Source: Actinomycetota bacterium
Lineage (GTDB): Bacteria; Actinomycetota; UBA4738; HRBIN12
Length of the DNA stretch: 64,000 nucleotides
NCBI GenBank assembly: GCA_035697485.1
Contig: DASSCU010000043.1
Coordinates: forward strand, 11,548-75,547
Reading direction: 5' to 3'
This document shows, piece after piece, positions 57,598 through 64,000 of this stretch (positions within the stretch are counted from its first letter, which is position 1; every line of letters starts with the position of its first letter). The position numbers were made by a program, and so were the translations under genes. Below the pieces are notes generated by a model. That model ran no database searches. It had not been told where the DNA came from and saw only the letters and a program-made list of their open reading frames with translations.

Positions 57598-58653
57598 CTA
57601 TCGGGTCGGCAGCTCCGGCCGGCCGTCCTCCAGCAGGTCGACCTTCGTGGAGCGCTCGAACGCGCGGACGCCGCGAAGGACCATGTCGACCGATCCCACG
57701 GGATCGATGCCCACAGCCGTCTCGGCCGCCAACACGAGCCCGTGCACGCCGTCGAGGAGCGTGTTGGCGATGTCGTTGGATTCGGCGATCGTCGGCACCC
57801 GACCGGTGACCATCGACTCCAGGAGGTTCGTCGCGACGTACACCGGGCGATTCCATCGGTTCGCGTGCCGGATGATCGTCTTCTGCACGTAAGGAACGAC
57901 CTCGAACGGGATCTCCCGAGACAGGTCACCTCGGTCGATCAGGACCGCGTCGGAGGCGTCGATGATGGCGTCCATGTTCCTCACCCCCGCGCGGCTTTCG
58001 ATCTTGGCGATGATGCTCGACCCCTGCGGCGCCAACGATCGGATGCGTGACACGTCGTCGGCGCCCGCCGCGAACGAGAGGGCGTAGTCCGCGACCCCGC
58101 GCCGGGCTCCCAGTTCGATCGCGGCGATGTCCTTCTGCGACAGCGCCGGCAGGTCGGGCGGCGGATCGATGGTCACGCCCTTGTTGGAACCTATGCGTCC
58201 GGCGTTCGTCACCACCGCCCGCGCCAAGCGCTCGGATACCTCCGTCACGCGCACCACCGCACCATCGAAATCGATCTCGAGCACGCTGCCGACGGCCAAC
58301 GCTTCGAAGAGTGACTCCGGCCACAACGTCACCGACGACGCCGATCCACTGACCGGATCGGCCGAGAGCAGGATCTCGCTACCCTCGTCGAGCACCACGC
58401 CATCGGCGACCTCACCGCATCGCACCTGGGCGCCCTCGGTATCGAGACAGATCGGGGTGGACGAGCAACCCTGCACCAGCTCGATCGAGGGCTCCACTCG
58501 TTCGAGCGGGGTGTGCGAGAGGTTGATCCGGAACAGGTCGACATCCCGAGCGTCGAGCTCACGGATGATCTCGGGGTCCATGGACGCCGGACCGAGCGTG
58601 CAGAGGATCTGGATCTTCAACGTGCGGCCTCCGGGGGCGACGGTGTCGTTCAC
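57598..58653 (-). CDS. Pyruvate-kinase-like protein (PK barrel domain only, no C-terminal domain)
   Basis: N-terminus LKIQILCTLGPAS...FRINLSH matches the PK N-terminus (KIVCTLGPAS...ARLNFSH). It is 351 aa, versus about 470 for canonical PK. GTG start. Confidence 0.65.
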   Translation of the reverse strand: MNDTVAPGGRTLKIQILCTLGPASMDPEIIRELDARDVDLFRINLSHTPLERVEPSIELVQGCSSTPICLDTEGAQVRCGEVADGVVLDEGSEILLSADPVSGSASSVTLWPESLFEALAVGSVLEIDFDGAVVRVTEVSERLARAVVTNAGRIGSNKGVTIDPPPDLPALSQKDIAAIELGARRGVADYALSFAAGADDVSRIRSLAPQGSSIIAKIESRAGVRNMDAIIDASDAVLIDRGDLSREIPFEVVPYVQKTIIRHANRWNRPVYVATNLLESMVTGRVPTIAESNDIANTLLDGVHGLVLAAETAVGIDPVGSVDMVLRGVRAFERSTKVDLLEDGRPELPTR

Positions 58654-58844
58654 GATATCCGTCGCAACCCGGCCACGTCCGGGAGTCGCACCCCGGAGGC
58701 GAAGGGAAGTCGGCCCTAGAGCCCGCAGAAGGATGGGTCGACAGGATCCAGCCTCGGTCGGGCGGCCGAGGCTGGGCTCCCGTCACCGGGCGTCCGCTCG
58801 CCGGCGACATCACCCCGGCCATCGCCAGCAGCCGGATCGGACGT

Positions 58845-59204
58845 TCAGGACTCGCGTGGCGCTCGAGCCTTGATCGCCGTTCGGGCGACCATGAGCGCCG
58901 CGAACGCGATGATCGCCGCGCCGATGATGACCTTGTTCGGGTCGACCGCGGGCCGCCAATCGACCTCGTCGCCGTGGATCACGTAGGCGCCGGCCGGACG
59001 AGCGTTCAGCCCGAAGCCGCTGCCGCTGCCCTTGCCTTCCCCTTCAGGACCCTCGCCGTTCCCGCCTCCCGCCGCTCCCTGCACCCGAGCGGCCGGGATG
59101 ATCGTGACGCCGTTCTTCTCGTACGGGTCGCCGAACACCCGCCGGACGGTCAACGCGTCCTTCGCCTGCTCGATCGTCTCGAGCACATCGGACTTCGTCT
59201 CCAT
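58845..59204 (-). CDS. GerW/YtfJ-family (sporulation-protein-like) small protein
   Basis: 119 aa from ATG 59204 with SD GGAGG. ...VFGDPYEKNGVTIIPAARVQGAAGGGNGEG... resembles the YtfJ/GerW fold. Family assignment is from memory. Confidence 0.5.
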   Translation of the reverse strand: METKSDVLETIEQAKDALTVRRVFGDPYEKNGVTIIPAARVQGAAGGGNGEGPEGEGKGSGSGFGLNARPAGAYVIHGDEVDWRPAVDPNKVIIGAAIIAFAALMVARTAIKARAPRES

Positions 59205-59542
59205 GAGACGCCTCCTCCCTCGGTGATTCCGACGCTCCCTACTCAACCATCGTCGCGGAGTTCTTGCAGCGTCGAGGTGCGGTTCGGCCAGGTCGCTGCA
59301 GGCCTTGGGCCCCGGATCCCGGGAGTCTTGCGACGAATGGCTCTCGCAGCCTCGGATTCGTCCTCGGCTCCGGCGTGCAGGAGTCGATCCAGGCTCCACC
59401 CGGGAACAGGTCGATCATCGTGGCATCCACCTCACCCTCGTGGAGCACGGGTTCGGAGATGAACATCGGGCGAACGACGGCGAGAGTGAGGTAGAAGGGA
59501 CTCAGCGCATGGTGCGGAGCGCGTGAGTGAGAGAAGGACGGC

Positions 59543-60973
59543 ATGGCTGAACGCTACGACCTGGTGGTCATCGGGGCCGGCCCCGCCGGAGAGAAGGGGG
59601 CCGCCCAAGCCGCGTACTTCGGGAAGCGTGTGGCGGTGATCGATCGGCGACCGCACCCTGGAGGCGCGCCGGTCGCTTCCACAGGGATCCCCACGAAGAC
59701 CCTCCGAGAGACCGCGCTGTACGTCACCGGCTTCCGGAACCGTGACGTGTACGGCCTCAGCCTCGAGCTCGACCGAGAGGCCGTGCTGGAGCACCTGATG
59801 TCGCGCAAGAGCGAGGTCAGGCACACGATGGAACGAGCCGTCGAGGACAACCTGCGACGCCACGGTATCCGCTACATCCAAGGGGAAGCATCGCTCGGGC
59901 ACGATCGGACGGTTCGGGTCGCCCTCGACGACGGGGAGCAACTCTCGCTGCAGGCGGAGATCATCCTGATCGCCTCGGGGTCCCGTCCGTTCAGGCCGTC
60001 CGGTGTTCCTTTCGACGATCCCGACGTTCACGACTCCGAAGAGATCCTGGAGATCCGGGAGCTTCCCGCACGCATGGCGGTGATCGGTGGCGGTCCCGTC
60101 GCATGCGAGTACGCCTCCATCTTCACCGCCCTCGGGACCGATGTGACGCTCATCGATGCCGCGGATCGCCTCCTCCCGTTCATGGACGAGGAGATCTCGC
60201 GACTGCTCGCCGAGACCTTCGAGCGGATGGGGATGAGGTTGGTCCTGGGAGCCGGGGTGGCGACGATCGAGCGATCGGACGGTGGGCTCCGCGTGCGCGT
60301 CGAGAACGGGGATGTCCTCCTCCCCGAGCAGGTGCTGTTCGCGGCCGGGCGATCGGGCAACACCGAGGGACTCGGCCTCGAGGAGCGCGGAGCGGAGCTC
60401 GACGCTCGGGGTCGGATCAAGGTGGACGAGCACTTCCAGACCGCCGCGGAGGGAATCTACGCTGCGGGCGACGTGATCGGCCCGCCGGCGCTCGCTTCCG
60501 TCTCCATGGAGCAGGGGCGCGTGGCCGTCTGCCATGCCTTCGGATTCCCGTTCAAGGAGACCGTCGACCCACTCCCGCCGTTCGCGGTGTACTCGATCCC
60601 CGAGGCCGCCATGGTCGGCCTCACCGAGGAGGCGGCCCGGGCCCGGCAGGTGGAGCACGAGGTCGGTCGTGGATGGTTCGCCGGGAACGCGAGGGCGACC
60701 ATCTCGGGGTTCCCCGAAGGACTGGTGAAGTTGGTGTTCCGTCGTGAGGACAAGGCGCTCCTCGGAGTGCACATCCTGAGCGAATCAGCCAGCGAGTTGA
60801 TCCACATCGGCCAGGCCGTCGTCCACGCCGGGGGAACCATCGATCGGTTCATCCACACCACGTTCTGCGCGCCGACCAGGAGCGAGGCGTACAAGTACGC
60901 GGCTTACGACGGGCTCCAGCGGCTGGCCGCCGGGTCGGACACGTCCACCATCGCGGCCAGCTCCGGTCTCTGA
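59543..60973 (+). CDS. sthA: Soluble pyridine nucleotide transhydrogenase SthA (Si-specific NAD(P)+ transhydrogenase)
   Basis: Alignable over full length to E. coli SthA (YDLVVIGAGPAGE...AAGDVIGPPALAS...HIGQAV). Confidence 0.85.
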   Translation: MAERYDLVVIGAGPAGEKGAAQAAYFGKRVAVIDRRPHPGGAPVASTGIPTKTLRETALYVTGFRNRDVYGLSLELDREAVLEHLMSRKSEVRHTMERAVEDNLRRHGIRYIQGEASLGHDRTVRVALDDGEQLSLQAEIILIASGSRPFRPSGVPFDDPDVHDSEEILEIRELPARMAVIGGGPVACEYASIFTALGTDVTLIDAADRLLPFMDEEISRLLAETFERMGMRLVLGAGVATIERSDGGLRVRVENGDVLLPEQVLFAAGRSGNTEGLGLEERGAELDARGRIKVDEHFQTAAEGIYAAGDVIGPPALASVSMEQGRVAVCHAFGFPFKETVDPLPPFAVYSIPEAAMVGLTEEAARARQVEHEVGRGWFAGNARATISGFPEGLVKLVFRREDKALLGVHILSESASELIHIGQAVVHAGGTIDRFIHTTFCAPTRSEAYKYAAYDGLQRLAAGSDTSTIAASSGL

Positions 60974-61052
60974 TCAGCAGGCGGACCTCGGAGGCAGCGC
61001 CCAGTCCGAAGTGGATGCGGGGGTCGGAGGAGACTCTGACGCCGGGCTCGTC

Positions 61053-62375
61053 TCACCACGTGAAGCCGGGCGGGCGAGGTTGGCACTCTTCGTCGGTTCG
61101 CTCCCGCATCCAGGCGAGCCGGTCCGCGTGCCGCTCGTCGCCCGCGACGTTCGTGAGCTCCCACGGATCGTTCCGGTAGTCGTAGAGCTCCTCGGATCCG
61201 CCCGAGTAGCGCACGTAGAGCCATCCGCGGGTCCGGAAGCCGCAGTACGCGGGTCTCGCTACCCGCTGGCCGTTCCCGTCGCTCCCGTCGGTGACGGCGG
61301 CCTCGAGCGCGAAGCCCTCACGTGGCTCGGTTCCGAGCAGCGAGATCCCTTCGATGCCGTACGGGGCCGGGATGCCTGCCGCCTCGACGATCGTCGCGGT
61401 GACGTCGATGTTCAACGCGAGACGGCGATCCTGGGTGCCGGGCTCGATGTGTGAGTCCCATCGCATCGCGAGCGGTACGCGCGAGGCCCCGTTGTGCGGC
61501 ATGTACTTGCCTCTGAGCCTGTGCTCGCCCCAGAAGTGACCGTTGTCGCTCGTGAAGATCACGAGCGTGTCCCTGAGGTCACGATGCTCGTCGATCGCGT
61601 CGAGGACCGTATCGACCGCGTCGTCGACAGAGCGGAGCGCCTCCTGGGTGTTTCGCCGCTGCTCGGTGATGTTCTCGATCGAGACCGGGTCCAGCTCGGC
61701 GATCCACGGAGGCTTGTCGGTCACGTCGGCCTCGTTGACGTGAGGCGCGAGGTACGGGCCGACCGTCGCGCTTCCCGCATGCCGGGGCGCCGGCGTCGCC
61801 GGTCCGTGCACGGCGAAGGGCGTGAACATCAAGAAGAGCGGTTGGTCGGCCGGGGCGTTGCGGATCGCTCGCGCAGCGAGGCGGGCCAGCACGTCGGTCG
61901 AGTAGTCCGCGCTGTCGTGGCCGTGTCTCGTCTTTGATCCGTCCGTGTGGCGGAGCTGGTAGTCGAAGTACGCCCCGTTCCGGACCGCGAACGCGTGCCA
62001 CCGGCTCCATCCCGGTGGTACGTAGCCGGGTGGCGACTCGTCGTAACCGTTGAGGTATTTGCCGACCAGCACGGTTCGGTACCCGGCCTGCCGCAACCAC
62101 ACGGCGAGCGTTCGTTCTTCCAGGCCCCCCTCGTGGAAGGTCGACCACCCGCCGGTGCCGCCGATGTCGTCGCTGCGTCCGTTCGACCAGATGCCGGTCG
62201 AGTGCGCGTACAAGCCGGTGAGCATCGACGCCCGCGATGGGCAACACACCGACGTCGGGATCATGCCGTTCGTGTACCTGGCGCCCCGCTCGATGATCCG
62301 CCTCGGCACCGCCTCCATCCAGTCGACGGTGTGAACTCGCTGGTCGTCGGTGACGATGAGCACCACGTCGGGCAT
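61053..62375 (-). CDS. Cys-type sulfatase (arylsulfatase / GlcNAc-6-sulfatase-like)
   Basis: CCPSRAS formylglycine motif, and GKYLNGY, FTSDNGH. Confidence 0.85.
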   Translation of the reverse strand: MPDVVLIVTDDQRVHTVDWMEAVPRRIIERGARYTNGMIPTSVCCPSRASMLTGLYAHSTGIWSNGRSDDIGGTGGWSTFHEGGLEERTLAVWLRQAGYRTVLVGKYLNGYDESPPGYVPPGWSRWHAFAVRNGAYFDYQLRHTDGSKTRHGHDSADYSTDVLARLAARAIRNAPADQPLFLMFTPFAVHGPATPAPRHAGSATVGPYLAPHVNEADVTDKPPWIAELDPVSIENITEQRRNTQEALRSVDDAVDTVLDAIDEHRDLRDTLVIFTSDNGHFWGEHRLRGKYMPHNGASRVPLAMRWDSHIEPGTQDRRLALNIDVTATIVEAAGIPAPYGIEGISLLGTEPREGFALEAAVTDGSDGNGQRVARPAYCGFRTRGWLYVRYSGGSEELYDYRNDPWELTNVAGDERHADRLAWMRERTDEECQPRPPGFTW

Positions 62376-62551
62376 GGCTGGGTCCCTTCGGGAGCCGTTC
62401 GATGTTCCCCACGTCTAGCCCGGCGTAGGGAACGGGTCAAATCGAGCCACTCACTCGTCGTCGATGGTGGCCCGCTCGGAACCGGCGTCGAAGAGGTCGT
62501 CGAGCTCGGGCCGCGTGATCGGTGCGGCCGGAGCCAGCAGGACACGAACCG

Positions 62552-63421
62552 CTACGGCACGCTGCGAACGAAGCCGACGTCGATCGCGCCGACGTGGTCA
62601 CGGAGGTGATGGAGGAGCGCGTAGACCAGCGTCACCTCGCCCAGCATCTCCAGCATCTCCTCGGCGGACGTCAGCAGGCCGACGGCGACCTTCGAGGCGC
62701 CATCCGCCTGCTGCCAGTCGGCCACCCCGCCCGCGAGCGAGACGATCTGGGCGCTCACCATCTCCAGCCCGAACGCGCCGGCCAGGAAGAGACCGCCAGC
62801 GATCAGGATCAGCCGGCGCGTCGCCGGCGGCAGGCGCCACACGAACCTGGCGAACGTCACGACCACCGCAGCGACCACCAACACGCCCGGCACGACCCAG
62901 ACGAACGAGATCGCGCCGCCGGGCGTGATGCCCGCGGTCGTCTCGAGCAGGTACTTGAGCTCGGATCCGACCGACTCGTGCATCGCAGCAACCTCGTCGA
63001 CCGAGAGGAAGAGCACGATGGCTGCCAGCGAGCCCCAGTGCAGAGCGCATCGGTCTCCGCGCTGCCTCACAGCGAGGGCGATCGTCCCGAGCAGGAAGGC
63101 CGATATCGCGAGCGCGATGCTCTGGAACCAAGTGGGGATGCTGCGCTCCGCACCGACGTCGAAGACGCGCAGCGGGTGCAGGAGGACCTCCTGCGGCCAG
63201 AGGTAGAGAGCTCCGCGCGCGGCCAATCCGGCGAACGTGAGCGCGACGACGGCGATGAGCAGCGCCTTGGCGATCGTCTCGGGACGAACGAGGATCGTCG
63301 TGACCGGGCCGTCGGCGGGCCCGCGGGTCGTCGGGGTCGCGCTCGATGACACGACCGAGGCGTCCGCCGGATCCCGAACATCGACGACATCGTCGCGCCG
63401 CCGCACCGGTCGATGCGCCAT
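62552..63421 (-). CDS. Hypothetical polytopic membrane protein
   Basis: At least 6 hydrophobic helices. No recognisable domain. N-terminal extent uncertain. Confidence 0.45.
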   Translation of the reverse strand: MAHRPVRRRDDVVDVRDPADASVVSSSATPTTRGPADGPVTTILVRPETIAKALLIAVVALTFAGLAARGALYLWPQEVLLHPLRVFDVGAERSIPTWFQSIALAISAFLLGTIALAVRQRGDRCALHWGSLAAIVLFLSVDEVAAMHESVGSELKYLLETTAGITPGGAISFVWVVPGVLVVAAVVVTFARFVWRLPPATRRLILIAGGLFLAGAFGLEMVSAQIVSLAGGVADWQQADGASKVAVGLLTSAEEMLEMLGEVTLVYALLHHLRDHVGAIDVGFVRSVP

Positions 63422-63918
63422 CGGTTACCCCCGAGAGATCGCCCCGTCCTGCACCGTCAGGGCACACGCTCGCTCTTCCCCTCGTCGCGACACTACCACC
63501 ATCGCCCCCGGAGAAACGGCCTACGGCGCGCAGGGGAGCTCCGGGTCTCGAGCCCGTCGACGGTGGGCCTTCGACATGTGCTGCCTCGGTCACGACAGGG
63601 CAAAGCCATGTGGCATACGAGATCGTCGGGAAGGGGCGCTCGATCTCCTGCTCGCCGGGCGGCTCTCGCTCGTCATCCGTCGACCGACTCTCAACCCGCC
63701 GTCGTGGCTATCGGAGGAAGACGTACACTGGAGGTAGACGCGACCCCCGTACCTGTCGGGAGAAGACCTACTGACGGGGACTCGCCTCCATCCGGTCCCA
63801 TCCGCTGGTCCCAGCGAAGGCCTGATACCCCGAGCGGGTTCCGCTCTCGATCTGGCTCACGTTGGCCCCAGATGTTCAGGGGCAACACGTATCGAGCAAA
63901 CAAAGGAGAGCACACACA

Positions 63919-64000
63919 TGAAGCACGTGCGCGTAGCAACCTACGAGATCAAGCAGGGATCCTTCCAGGAGATCGCCGACCTCGCCCGTCAGGGCATGCT
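63919..64000 (+). CDS. Start of a hypothetical protein (3' end beyond window)
   Basis: SD AAGGAG 8 nt upstream of the ATG. Reads MKHVRVATYEIKQGSFQEIADLARQGM... Confidence 0.35.

Noticed and set aside
58760-58790. 9-bp stem hairpin cagcctcgg-N8-ccgaggctg downstream of the GerW-like gene
   Set aside because: It has no U-tract and a short stem, so it is at best a weak terminator candidate.

Overview
This is a high-GC (about 70 %) Actinomycetota-type chromosomal segment with dense coding on both strands. Many overlapping arginine-rich shadow ORFs in the six-frame track are high-GC artefacts and were ignored.

Main gene content:
- **SUF Fe-S assembly region**: a minus-strand operon sufB-sufD-Rieske-sufC-sufS-sufU, with sufT and a tandem-rhodanese sulfurtransferase upstream and a HesB/IscA carrier nearby. 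No SufR regulator is present.
- **2-oxoacid dehydrogenase operon**: lpd-E1alpha-E1beta-E2-lipB on the plus strand, with gcvT divergent from it. A second, orphan E1alpha/E1beta pair lies about 5 kb further on.
- **Copper efflux unit**: YHS-domain small protein, csoR and copA on the minus strand, preceded by a G-tract palindrome resembling a CsoR operator. The 54-aa YHS ORF is missing from the ORF track.
- **RNase P RNA**: a bacterial type-A rnpB on the minus strand at about 36414..36811. The ORF track shows it only as spurious ORFs.
- **Other small or regulatory features**: an orphan Flp pilin gene, and an ArsR-family regulator followed by an SRPBCC/AHSA1-like gene, with a perfect 16-bp palindrome over the regulator's start.
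- **Two-component systems**: a LuxR-type response regulator with a pseudo-receiver histidine kinase, and a large multi-PAS histidine kinase.
- **Genes consistent with an oxygen/iron theme**: SURF1, ferritin, a truncated haemoglobin, SthA transhydrogenase, a sulfatase, a DUF222-HNH endonuclease, and a barrel-only pyruvate-kinase-like protein.

Most unusual feature: a compact cyclic-nucleotide signalling neighbourhood at 46.7-55.4 kb. It contains a 1008-aa protein fusing a 12-TM transporter-like domain, HEAT repeats and a cNMP-binding domain, next to three class-III nucleotidyl cyclases with different N-terminal domains. The last cyclase is translationally coupled to a histidine/phenylalanine ammonia-lyase homologue that lacks the MIO-forming serine and a catalytic tyrosine.

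A second inference: lipB and lipA are separated by about 11 kb carrying the copper-efflux unit, the orphan E1 pair, the multi-PAS kinase and other genes. This looks like an inserted accessory block.

No tRNA, rRNA, CRISPR array, transposase or integrase was recognised.
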